A model generated the notes under the pieces. It was given only the letters and a program-made list of their open reading frames with translations, was not told where the DNA came from and made no database searches. A DNA stretch of 64,000 bases, from the NCBI GenBank assembly GCA_963796965.1, contig CAWCNS010000008.1:256001-320000 (forward strand), given 5' to 3'. This document shows, piece by piece, positions 54,055-63,753 of the stretch (position 1 is its first letter; every line of letters starts with the position of its first letter). The translations under genes were made by a program, and so were the position numbers. This stretch comes from Calditrichia bacterium (lineage in GTDB: Bacteria > Calditrichota > Calditrichia > JAJRVZ01).

Positions 54055-56877
54055 CTATTTTGAGATCTTTCCATTTACAAAGATAACATCTGAGATTAGG
54101 TTGCCTTCGTAATTCCAGCAGCGGGCCGGCCCTTCGCAAACCATATCTACTCGCCAGCTCGATTCAGATTTTTTATTTCCATTAGGCCACCATTGTGTCC
54201 ATTTTGATCGCCCGTCTTTTTCATGTATCCATTCCCACACCAAATTTCCCTGTGAATCCCAATAGGTTTCACTACCAATCTTTACGCCAAGTCTATTGGA
54301 AGATTCATATTGTCTCTGTCCCGATTGATAATACCAGGTCTCAAGACCATCTTTCAAAAAGCGTCCATCATTTGCTATGCCAGCGCTATATTCAATGCGT
54401 TTTTCACCCGTTGCATAATTTTCACGATAATTCTTTTTATTTAAAATGGTGGTTGCGGATGGTTGCATTATTTTTTTCTCAGGAATTGAATCCTCCTCAT
54501 CAGCCAGGATCCATGCTTCGTTCATTGCAAAATGTAAACAAGGTTGGTTCATGGTCGTAATCAGATGAATAATGCCATTTGGTGCTTGTCTGGCAACTGA
54601 ATAACCAATCGTTTCACCCCAGGGTGTATCCTTTTCATGTGCTAAGGTGCCAACCAGTTTTTTTATATGCCAGGATCTACCTTCGTCTTCAGAGAGAGCC
54701 ACAAGAGCCCCCTTCTCCTCGATCCCCTTTGGCTGGTCTCCGCCTCTTTTTTGAAAATCTGTGGCAAAAAACAATCGTCCGCTTTTTAGACGAATAATGG
54801 TAGGTCGTTGGTTGGAGGCCAAAGCAGGAAAGACAGTTTTTGATACCTTCCAGGATTTTCCGCCATCACGCGATATAGCCTGGGGCATAAAACCATCAAT
54901 ATTTGTATTTTTTCCTCCCATACCCAGAATATCACCATTTTTTAATAAAACATACGTGGTATGACGACCAGCGCTTCTACTTTGTGGATCCTTCCAGGTT
55001 TCACCATCATCTGAACTCTGCCACAGAACAGAACTACCCCCTTCACCATCGCTGGCAAGGTAAATATTTCCTGCTCTATCCCGAAAAGTAGTATTGATCG
55101 GTTGCCTCGAATGTGGGCCGACAAATCCCAAGAAATTTGGAAAATGAACATCGGAGAAACTGGATCCATTATCTTCGGAAGTAATCCACTGAAAAGGAAA
55201 AGCACTGTTCATGCGTGGATTACCCCAAAAAAGATAAAGTTTATTATTATCATTCCATAAAAGAGGTGCATGATCATTTATATCCGGGAGATCCACATAG
55301 GGTGAAGGCATATCCCAATGATCAGCTCCAAATCGAAGGCGGGACGCAATAAACGACACGCCCGGTTCATACTCATGATACGAAGTATAAATGACCAACA
55401 ATACATCCCCATTTGAGCATACCTCCATTGCAGGGCTATGGTTATGTCCTCTAAAGGAAGGATGAAAACCGGCAGCGTCTATGGTCTCTCTGGATTGATT
55501 TTCAAGAGGAGTTGGCAAAAGAATTCGTTTTCTATAATAGGGTTTTTTAGGATTGGGCCCTCTTTTGACATTTTGAACACTCTGTTTTACACCAGCCTTA
55601 GCGAAAGGGATATTAACCATTGTGGGTTCTGTTGATGGCATGGAACCTTGAACAACACGGAATCCTATAGGATAATCAATAGACTGTCCAGGGGCCGCAA
55701 CCCTTAGTTCCTTCAGAATCATATTTTCCTGATCACTGTGATAGGATAAAGCCTCTGTGGGTATAATCTCTTTATCCTGTGTCCCCCATTGCCAGTAAAG
55801 GCGCAGGTACGACTGACCACCATCCTTATAATAAGATACATCAATGGGATAATTTTCACCTTTGGTCATCAGGATTTCACCAGATCTACCTTCACCTTCC
55901 CCCCAACCCTCTATTACGGTTTGATCGTTGATTTTTAGAATAATACCATTATCGGCTTCAGCAATGAATATGATATTACCGGAAGCAGGTGCTTTAATAT
56001 AGCCCACCCAACGCGCTGACCAATCGTTCTGTGTATTCCAGCTAAGTTTATCCGAGTTGATAATATCAATGGGCCATTTTTTACCCTGGCGTCTTAATGC
56101 TGAATCACTAAAGTGAAGACCGATTAATCCGGAATGTGTTTTATTCAGCGAAGTTTGATTACTATCTTCCTCTGGTGTTATCGAAAAATGAGAAAAAGCG
56201 GGCGCCATACCGCTCCGATTTGCCGAGCGCTGATAATAATTAACGGGATGATCGTATTCCCTGGCTGTGTTATCGGGCAATCCTCCCCGAACAACGCGAA
56301 CAAGACCTGAGGATCTCCCCACCGGACCTGTACTATCTCCGTATAAGTAGTCACCATACCAGTCCTGACACCACTCTAAGGGACCGTGGTGCATGTTTTT
56401 AATACCCCAATCATTCTCAACATAGTCCTCGGGAAGATCCTCTCCGCAGGAAAAGGAAGTAGAAGTTCCTGCGCGGCAAACATATTCCCACTCTGCCTCT
56501 GTAGGAAGCCTGTAATCCTTACCCTCTTTCTCACTGAGCCATTGACAAAAAGCATTTGCCTCATTCCAACTTATTCCTGTAGCATAAGGAGCGTATATGT
56601 CCGAGCCCATATATTCTGGTTTAAATTTCTGAAATTGTTCTATGAAAATTTCTGTCTGTGAAATGTAAAATGGCTGGCTAAGACTTACCTGATGAACCGG
56701 TTGTTCATCCCAGTCACCTACTCCTTGCTGATCACCCATAAGAAATGACCCGGGATTGATTCGAATCATCTTCATACCAATACTATTGATATGGCTCTGT
56801 CTCGGTTGTTTTTCCTGACAGGATAACAGGATAGACAGGATTAAAAGAAAAAGAGCATAGATTATAAATTTTTTCAT
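54055..56877 (-). CDS. Lipoprotein: FGE/SUMF1-like domain (with inserted PA14), BNR/Asp-box sialidase-like (GH33-like) propeller, MORN-like repeats
   Basis: LLSC lipobox; GSFLMG, YRLPTEAEWEY, EWCQDWY, IGFRVV; SEDNGSSF, SSDDGETW, SRDGGKSW, SEDEGRSW; WWPNGNKK. Confidence 0.85.
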   Translation of the reverse strand: MKKFIIYALFLLILSILLSCQEKQPRQSHINSIGMKMIRINPGSFLMGDQQGVGDWDEQPVHQVSLSQPFYISQTEIFIEQFQKFKPEYMGSDIYAPYATGISWNEANAFCQWLSEKEGKDYRLPTEAEWEYVCRAGTSTSFSCGEDLPEDYVENDWGIKNMHHGPLEWCQDWYGDYLYGDSTGPVGRSSGLVRVVRGGLPDNTAREYDHPVNYYQRSANRSGMAPAFSHFSITPEEDSNQTSLNKTHSGLIGLHFSDSALRRQGKKWPIDIINSDKLSWNTQNDWSARWVGYIKAPASGNIIFIAEADNGIILKINDQTVIEGWGEGEGRSGEILMTKGENYPIDVSYYKDGGQSYLRLYWQWGTQDKEIIPTEALSYHSDQENMILKELRVAAPGQSIDYPIGFRVVQGSMPSTEPTMVNIPFAKAGVKQSVQNVKRGPNPKKPYYRKRILLPTPLENQSRETIDAAGFHPSFRGHNHSPAMEVCSNGDVLLVIYTSYHEYEPGVSFIASRLRFGADHWDMPSPYVDLPDINDHAPLLWNDNNKLYLFWGNPRMNSAFPFQWITSEDNGSSFSDVHFPNFLGFVGPHSRQPINTTFRDRAGNIYLASDGEGGSSVLWQSSDDGETWKDPQSRSAGRHTTYVLLKNGDILGMGGKNTNIDGFMPQAISRDGGKSWKVSKTVFPALASNQRPTIIRLKSGRLFFATDFQKRGGDQPKGIEEKGALVALSEDEGRSWHIKKLVGTLAHEKDTPWGETIGYSVARQAPNGIIHLITTMNQPCLHFAMNEAWILADEEDSIPEKKIMQPSATTILNKKNYRENYATGEKRIEYSAGIANDGRFLKDGLETWYYQSGQRQYESSNRLGVKIGSETYWDSQGNLVWEWIHEKDGRSKWTQWWPNGNKKSESSWRVDMVCEGPARCWNYEGNLISDVIFVNGKISK

Positions 56878-56979
56878 AACAGCAATCCAATTCTCAAGGA
56901 AATTTTATATCTACTTATCTATCTGATAAAAATGGTCAATTTTCAATTTTCAATCTTCAATCAAAAATTTATATGAGAA

Positions 56980-57858
56980 CTACTCTCCAATGGACTCATC
57001 ACCAGATTTCCAACGTTCAATACGGGCAGGAGCAATTCGGTTATACATTTCATTAAAATTAGCATCTTCTGTTTCAGTAACCAGAGAATTAAGACATAGA
57101 TAGGTCAATTCTTCAACAGCAGATTCAGTCGTGTGGGGTGTATTTCTCGGCACAAAAATAAGATTGCCCGGTTTAACCACCTCAGTTTCATCATCAATTG
57201 TAACAGTACCAGTGCCCGCCAGGACGAAAAAGGTTTGCTCTTTCTCTTTATGAGCAACCGTGGCTCCTTTGCTCCCGGCAGGCCAGCGAACGACAACAAA
57301 TTCACATTTCGCTGTCTCGGTGCGGTCCAGAAGCAGAAGGGTTTCATTCGAACCAAAATCATATAATTTTGCTTGGTTAACATCCTGAATAAACTTTCCA
57401 GGTTGGTTGGCCGATGCTGTCTGCTCTGCGCCAACCACTGCAGACTCACCAGACTCTGCCTGCTTTTTTCTTATTTGTTTAACCTTTTCAATATGCTCGG
57501 CAAATGAAGCATGGCCTTCCTTATCATCTGTAACAAATACATTGAACAACATATAGCAGAGTGGTTCTTCACTGGTCACGATCGTTTGATGAACTACCCC
57601 TACAGGTATATGTGCCAGATTTCCTTCCTCAACCTTAAAAGACTTCTTACCAATATTTACAATACCTTTCCCGGAAGTAAAATAAAAGATCTGTTCTTTC
57701 TCATCATGCTTATGGGGTGGACCATCAAGATTTGGGGGCCAGATATTTAAAGCAACCTCTGTTTTTTCAGTTTCACTCCGGTCCAAAAGTACTATTATCT
57801 CATTTAATCCAGCAACATCTAATTTTTCACCTTCTTTAAAATATCTGTTAATCATCAA
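56980..57858 (-). CDS. Double cupin-domain protein
   Basis: Two copies: PPHKHDEKEQIFY..G.G..P.GVVH and VAHKEKEQTFF..G.G..PRNTPH. Confidence 0.88.
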   Translation of the reverse strand: MMINRYFKEGEKLDVAGLNEIIVLLDRSETEKTEVALNIWPPNLDGPPHKHDEKEQIFYFTSGKGIVNIGKKSFKVEEGNLAHIPVGVVHQTIVTSEEPLCYMLFNVFVTDDKEGHASFAEHIEKVKQIRKKQAESGESAVVGAEQTASANQPGKFIQDVNQAKLYDFGSNETLLLLDRTETAKCEFVVVRWPAGSKGATVAHKEKEQTFFVLAGTGTVTIDDETEVVKPGNLIFVPRNTPHTTESAVEELTYLCLNSLVTETEDANFNEMYNRIAPARIERWKSGDESIGE

Positions 57859-57899
57859 TTGACTCCTTTAAATCATTTCATCTTTCTTGTCGCTAGCTC

Positions 57900-58080
57900 T
57901 TATCTCTCGCAGCGACGCTAAGACGTAAAAGGATTTTATCCACTAATTACACGAATTTAGACGAATTTCACTAATTCTATTTTCTAATATTAAAAAAAAT
58001 ATTTTAATTCGTGAAATCCGTTCATATTAGTGTAATTCGTGGATGGATTTTTCTTTGCATTATCGCACCTCTGCGAGAGA
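57900..58080. repeat. ~180-bp two-layer palindromic element, copy 2 (inverted relative to copy 1)
   Basis: Its reverse complement shares long exact tracts with 53846-54030, e.g. gaacggatttcacgaattaaaata and aatattagaaaatagaattagtgaaattcgtctaaattc. Confidence 0.85.
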
Positions 58081-58103
58081 ATACTATTTCATACTAAGCC
58101 ACA

Positions 58104-60078
58104 TTATCGCGTTTTTGTTGAGACGTCATCAATCCAATAAACACAGGCCGGGGCTTTAATATCTGCACCTGGACGATCTTCACTCTCTAATCCTGCTGGC
58201 TTGGGCATGGCATCATCCACATGCTCGGGAGGAACATACCCGCGATAGGGACCGGTACGAAAAACTATCCTCTCAAGCGATTCGACTTTTTCTGCAAAAG
58301 GGATATCTTTAATCTTATTATAACCGTCTAAAACAAGGGCATATTTTTGGGAATTGCAATCCATCATAAGTTCTACACGGTGCCATTTTTCCAGGTCGAT
58401 CGGCAATGGATTCATATACACTTTTTTCCGATCGATGCTTATCCAATTTTGATCAATTCGAACCCGCATAGGCCGCGTGCCCTGCTGATTCTGAACTTCA
58501 ATCTCAAGTGCATGCCCTTGTGCGATTTCTTGTGAATTGAGGCGGAAACTAATGTCTATCGAAGTGCTTTTCGGAAAGATCCTTTCTACTTGTGCATAAT
58601 CATATGGATCTTCGTCCTTAAGTTCCAGGCATTTATTTTTCCTATCTTTTTCAGAGACAACAGATGTTGATGCCCAAATTGGCTGATAGAGATTCCATAA
58701 GTCAAGATCCCCTATATTCTCAATATCTTCAAAATTTTGATTAATATGAGAATCTGAAGAAGCCATAATAGGAATCTTTGTTCGGGCAATCCAGATATCC
58801 TCTTTATTCACACTGTAACTAATCCACATATTCCCATCGGGTGCCGCACCATTACCTTCAATTATTCCCCTAAAATATTGTGGTCCTGTGTTTTTATGCA
58901 ATCCCTGGTACCGCTTTGGTGGTACCTCACCGCGAAGGCAATACATAGCATTAAAAATATGTCCATCATCACCGGTCAAAACTGCCATAGGATATCGATT
59001 TCTTCTGGTGGGTGATTGATTGTGAACGATCGCATAACGGTTATCGGAGGTTCTTTGCCCCCAGGTCTTTGCTCCGGTTGTCCACAAAGATTTATTCTGG
59101 GTAATTTTATCCCAGGATTCACCTTCATCGTAACTAATCGCCGTCCACTGATTTTTCCAAATACCTACCACAGAACCGTCCGGGCGATGATAAAAATTAA
59201 AAGCTTTACCTGCACCTTTTGATGTCGTTATATTCGCAGAAAAATAGGCCGCATTTTCAACGTCACCAGGATTAATCACATAGAATCCGTCTTCAGCCCG
59301 GTCTTCTTCCCACCATTGCAAGGTAATTAACTTGTCTGCTAATAAAGCCTCACAGGCAGCTAGAAAATCCGTCATCCTTACTGGTTTTGTAGAAAGGATA
59401 GTTCGTATTTTCTTCATTAAAACCCGCGTGACGGTTATAGCGAATAAAATATATTGGGCCAAAACTTCCATCTTCTTTAATTTCCCGAACGACACGTCCT
59501 AACCCATTCCCTGCGTTGGGTGAATGTCTGGGTGTGGGACAGTAACTATAAAATGCTAATGTCAATAATTTGCCATTAGGGGCAACATAAAAACCCATTC
59601 GCTGATGCATGACTGCCTTTGTACCAGCAGGTATAATATGGTGATCGTGTTTAATCTCTGGTAAATCATAAGGAGGAAACACCACCTTTGGCCTGGACCA
59701 GTCCCGACCATTTTCAGAGGTAAGCAACAACGTTCTTCCCGGTGGTGTGTGTTCCTGGAGAAGATCACTCAGGTACTGGATATAAAATTTTCCCTTCCAG
59801 TGGGCTAAAAAGGGTTGATGGTTGTATGTCCACCCCACTTTGCCCCCTTCAGAAGGATGATTTCGATTTGCCCTAAAAGCCTGAAAATGGTGAACCCCTG
59901 CCGCATGAGGAAGTTTCCCATCATAATGGGCCTTGTCCGGCTGAACATCACCAACATATTTAACTGTCTCTTCAGATACCTCGGCCTTTTCCCCTTGATC
60001 AGTACATCCAAAAAGTATGACTAAAACTATTGAAATCAAGAACGACATCTGCTTCAAGAATTGTTTAATGTGGATCAT
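58104..60078 (-). CDS. GH143-like (Dha hydrolase) lipoprotein; frameshift near 59370
   Basis: RANRNHP, GWTYNHQPFLA, MHQRMGFYV, GNGLGRVVREIKEDGSFGPIYFI, AKTWGQR, GPQY.RGI.EGNG, SYSVNKEDIW match the recalled BT1020 N-terminal module; lipobox LFGC. Confidence 0.8.
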
Positions 60079-60100
60079 ATTTCCCTCAATTTATTTTTTT

Positions 60101-61459
60101 CTAAAAGGATAAGTAATTACAGGGCCGTATGGTTCTGTGGTAAAAGAGATTAATATTTCCCGGGACAGCAAATACATCATTTTCGGATAATGGCATGACA
60201 TTTTCTACATGTGAGACGATATTTTCATTCGCATCTTCTGTGGCAGTAATAACCGTACGAATATCTATCCGGGCAGATTCGCTTGAGGATTCCGGAAATA
60301 CCTGAATCCATTTTATCTGGTTAAATGAGCCACTCCGTAATGTCCAGGGCTTATCGTCATCATTTGCCCGCGGACCAGCTCCCCAGCTTCCTTCACCAAT
60401 GAACATCGTACCCCTTTCATCATCACGTATAAATCCCTGATGGCTACCCTCCTCGTTACTGGGGCGCACAGGAAAAGTGATTTTAGACATATGTGAATCA
60501 CCATCCATGGAAATATTCAGACCATATTGATAGAATAAATGTGCCCATTGATCGAGTTGATAATCTTGTTCTCCTTTGCCCGACGTATGCGGTCGGAATG
60601 GTTTATGATATCCGGCTATCTTAAATGTAAAATTTTTATTCTTTTTAAGATTATTTTCCAGCCAATCCCGTTGATCACCACCTTCCTCAATCTCAGAATT
60701 TAATGCAATAAAATGGAAAAAGTCTCCCCCAAAAGAAGTTGAATAATAGACATTTTCTTCGTTTCCATTCTGAACAGGGACATCAAACAGTTTATTCAAC
60801 ACTGATTTATCACCATTTTCATGATTGCCATGGACAGGGATAATTGGATACATACGGCCATCTGCAGATGTCGTTAATGTCGCCCAATCATTAAACCAGA
60901 GTTTCCAGCGATCATCATCCGTACCATTCCCACTACAAAAATCACCATTAAAAATAACAAATAAAGGTCGCAGATTTGCCACCATTTTATTTGAGAACCT
61001 GCCGGCCTCAAGGGCTGTGCCGCCACTCTTTGTGTCACCTCCGGTGATGAAGGTAAAGGCTTTGGGTTTATCGGGCGCTGTCTTGAACCAGAAACGTGGG
61101 CTGGTTGAGTCACTATCTTTAATGACAAAATAATAAACCTGATCTGGTTTTAAATTGGTAAGCCTGGCAAAATGTGTATTCATCCCCCTGTAACCTAATG
61201 TTTTACGGGTTGGCTCCTGATTATTTGGATAATCCTCTGCATTTTGGGCCAAATCCTCTGTCCCATAATAAACTGCAGGTTCAGATCCCTTTAACTGATC
61301 CCAGGCAATAGTGATCTCCGTTGTCGGATCTCCATGCCAGACAAGACGGAATTTATTTGTACTTACATCATTAGGTTCACTAACAGGACCACTATCATCA
61401 GAGCCACAACTGAAGAATAGCAGACTTAATACTATAAACATGAATAAAACTAAGCGCAT
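60101..61459 (-). CDS. Purple acid phosphatase-like metallophosphoesterase lipoprotein (FN3 N-domain)
   Basis: FFSC lipobox; FRLVWHGDPTT, LKPDQVYYF, GGD, NGD, GNHE, YHKP, DSH. Confidence 0.88.
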   Translation of the reverse strand: MRLVLFMFIVLSLLFFSCGSDDSGPVSEPNDVSTNKFRLVWHGDPTTEITIAWDQLKGSEPAVYYGTEDLAQNAEDYPNNQEPTRKTLGYRGMNTHFARLTNLKPDQVYYFVIKDSDSTSPRFWFKTAPDKPKAFTFITGGDTKSGGTALEAGRFSNKMVANLRPLFVIFNGDFCSGNGTDDDRWKLWFNDWATLTTSADGRMYPIIPVHGNHENGDKSVLNKLFDVPVQNGNEENVYYSTSFGGDFFHFIALNSEIEEGGDQRDWLENNLKKNKNFTFKIAGYHKPFRPHTSGKGEQDYQLDQWAHLFYQYGLNISMDGDSHMSKITFPVRPSNEEGSHQGFIRDDERGTMFIGEGSWGAGPRANDDDKPWTLRSGSFNQIKWIQVFPESSSESARIDIRTVITATEDANENIVSHVENVMPLSENDVFAVPGNINLFYHRTIRPCNYLSF

Positions 61460-61618
61460 AATTGCTCCCTTATTGATTAATTGGATTTTTATAATTCTAA
61501 TATACAATTTCTCTATTGATACTCAATCTTCCCTAATTCATCCTTTCCCGCTTGTACAGGACTCAGGAGAACCAATAGCAAAGGAATATAGTTCACAAAG
61601 CCTATAAAAGTAGGGCAA

Positions 61619-63529
61619 TTACCACACTACTTCCCTTACCGCATGGACTGGTCTTGGATTCTCCTCATTAAATATTTTCATTACCTCCATTTTTTCGATC
61701 TTTATATCGTTTTCATCTATCTCGCCATCCGCGCTTTTGACCATTTCCAAATTTAAATTAAGATGCTTTGCTAGGAATTTATAAGCAGGTACTCTTTTGG
61801 TATAACCATAATCATGTCCTTCATCAGGTATATGGAAAAATTCCACATTGTCCTTAACGCCATAGAGTTTATAGACCTGCTGAATAAAAGGGAATTCGAC
61901 TTTCGGTGTATTTTTCGTCCAATCATCACCATCGGAAATAAGCAACATGGGCCTGGGGGCCGTCAAGGCAGATATTTCTGCATTATTAGTAACATGGGTA
62001 TCACGATGATGGATGGGCATGCCGCTCTCACAGGTACAACCTCCGAAGAAGTGCGCGGAGACCATCACAGCCGGAACCGAGACTTTTATCCTCTCTTCTA
62101 TTGCTGTTAATAAAAAGGTTTGTGTCCCTCCTCCTGATGCGCCGGTGATACCCACCCGGGACTTATCAATAATATTCAGGGATTCCAAAAAATCTAAAAC
62201 ACGTATGCTGTTCCAGGTCTGAAGTGCCACGGCTTTTTTATATTGACTATGTGATTCATGATAGGAAAAGTTTTCAAATTGTGTAGATTCACCCCAACCG
62301 ATCATGTCATAAGCAAAAACAACCGCCCCCATTTTTGCCAGGGTAGCACAGCGATATTGCATATCGGGTCGAAACCGTCCCCCACCATTTGGTTCAGGGA
62401 AATGACCGTGCGGACTAAGAATTCCTGCATACGGTCCCTCCATCTTTGCCGGGCGATACAAATTACCTGTTACAAAAAATCCCGGTAGGCTTTCAAATGC
62501 GACATTTTCAACCGTATAGCCATCATAAACCCTTTTTTGGCTGACGATAGGTTTTAAATCACATCTATTGGGATAAGGCCATAATTCCGCACCCCGAAGA
62601 ATGCCCTCACGTATCATCTCTGCCCGTGAATTCCAGGCATTTAGATCAGTATACATCTTTGATAGCTGCTCGAGTTCAATAACCGCCTCATCCTCGGTCA
62701 AAAATTTCCCCTGGCGTAAAGATACATCCCCTGCTATAAGTTGAGATTTAATCACTTTTTTATCCTTCTTTTTTATCATATATAAATCTCCGGGATTTGT
62801 ACGATCCCAGGCAATACCTTGACCAGCATTGGTTGCAGGAACAGTCTCCACGAATTCCAAGGCAGATCCCTTTAAAGGAATTTGGAGAGAATAAAGTTCT
62901 GGCTCATCATGCCCCGTACAATAAAGTCGTCCATCCGGTCCCCATGACCCACCGGAATTACTCATTCTTCCAAATCGTTGAACAACTTCATCCGGAAATA
63001 CCCAGGATTCCAGTTCTTGCCAATTATCATCAAATTTTACGAGAGTTGTCCAGTCTGACCCCTTACCCGTCTTATCTTTTAACTTGTTATAATGGGCAAA
63101 TGCGCCCCACCAATAGCCATTGTAGCGGTCTACCCAGGTACAGGAACCCCAATTAATTCCAAAACTGTGCGTACCAATATGCCTTAAAGAATTTGCATCC
63201 CAAATCTCGACTGAACTGGTCATAGGAACTTGTGAATAATTGGAATGTGCGCAGTAAAGACGATCCTCAAAGATAACACCACTGTCCAGATGAATAATGG
63301 ATTTTTTGCCTTTTTCAGACCAGGAAATGATCAGTTCGCCACTCTCCTTATCATATTTTCCAATATTATCCGTACCAATGGCATAAAAATATTTTTCATC
63401 TACAGCGATCCCCTGCCGGGCCTCCTCTGCCGGAAATACATTTTTTTCTACCAGACTACGATGTTGAGCAAATCCTAAAATAACTGATATAAATATTTGG
63501 ATAACCACAATGTGAATTAAATTTTTCAT
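61619..63529 (-). CDS. Exported fusion of an N-terminal beta-propeller domain and a CE19-like carbohydrate esterase
   Basis: EARQGIAVD, HLDSG, SNSGGSWGPDG; ESLPGFFVTGNLYRP, SPHGH, GASGGGTQT, FFGGCTCESGMPIH, APRP, DGDDWT, EGHDY. Confidence 0.82.
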   Translation of the reverse strand: MKNLIHIVVIQIFISVILGFAQHRSLVEKNVFPAEEARQGIAVDEKYFYAIGTDNIGKYDKESGELIISWSEKGKKSIIHLDSGVIFEDRLYCAHSNYSQVPMTSSVEIWDANSLRHIGTHSFGINWGSCTWVDRYNGYWWGAFAHYNKLKDKTGKGSDWTTLVKFDDNWQELESWVFPDEVVQRFGRMSNSGGSWGPDGRLYCTGHDEPELYSLQIPLKGSALEFVETVPATNAGQGIAWDRTNPGDLYMIKKKDKKVIKSQLIAGDVSLRQGKFLTEDEAVIELEQLSKMYTDLNAWNSRAEMIREGILRGAELWPYPNRCDLKPIVSQKRVYDGYTVENVAFESLPGFFVTGNLYRPAKMEGPYAGILSPHGHFPEPNGGGRFRPDMQYRCATLAKMGAVVFAYDMIGWGESTQFENFSYHESHSQYKKAVALQTWNSIRVLDFLESLNIIDKSRVGITGASGGGTQTFLLTAIEERIKVSVPAVMVSAHFFGGCTCESGMPIHHRDTHVTNNAEISALTAPRPMLLISDGDDWTKNTPKVEFPFIQQVYKLYGVKDNVEFFHIPDEGHDYGYTKRVPAYKFLAKHLNLNLEMVKSADGEIDENDIKIEKMEVMKIFNEENPRPVHAVREVVW

Positions 63530-63593
63530 CTAAATTTCCTTGGTTAGATATATTTATAATTAGTATCCTATGGTCCCAACACATCTTAATTTT

Positions 63594-63720
63594 AAACATG
63601 ATAACAGGATTTACAGGATTCAAGTAATCGACAACTCAAATATTTATGGTGACTTGGAATTAATTACTGCTTATTTTAAGAATTTTTATTATATCCTATT
63701 GATCCTGTCAATCCTGTCAA
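63594..63720. repeat. Intergenic palindrome of 9-bp acaggatt units
   Basis: acatgataacaggatttacaggatt ... atcctattgatcctgtcaatcctgtcaa. Confidence 0.7.
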
Positions 63721-63753
63721 AATTTTCTTCTTTTGGTATCGTATGATACTATT

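Noticed and set aside
54055..56877. Formylglycine-generating enzyme for the sulfatase at 26152
   Set aside because: It is a lipoprotein fusion without the catalytic Cys pair, so likely a non-catalytic FGE fold.
53846..58080. CRISPR array or IS element
   Set aside because: No constant repeats with unique spacers, no cas genes, and no transposase between or near the elements.
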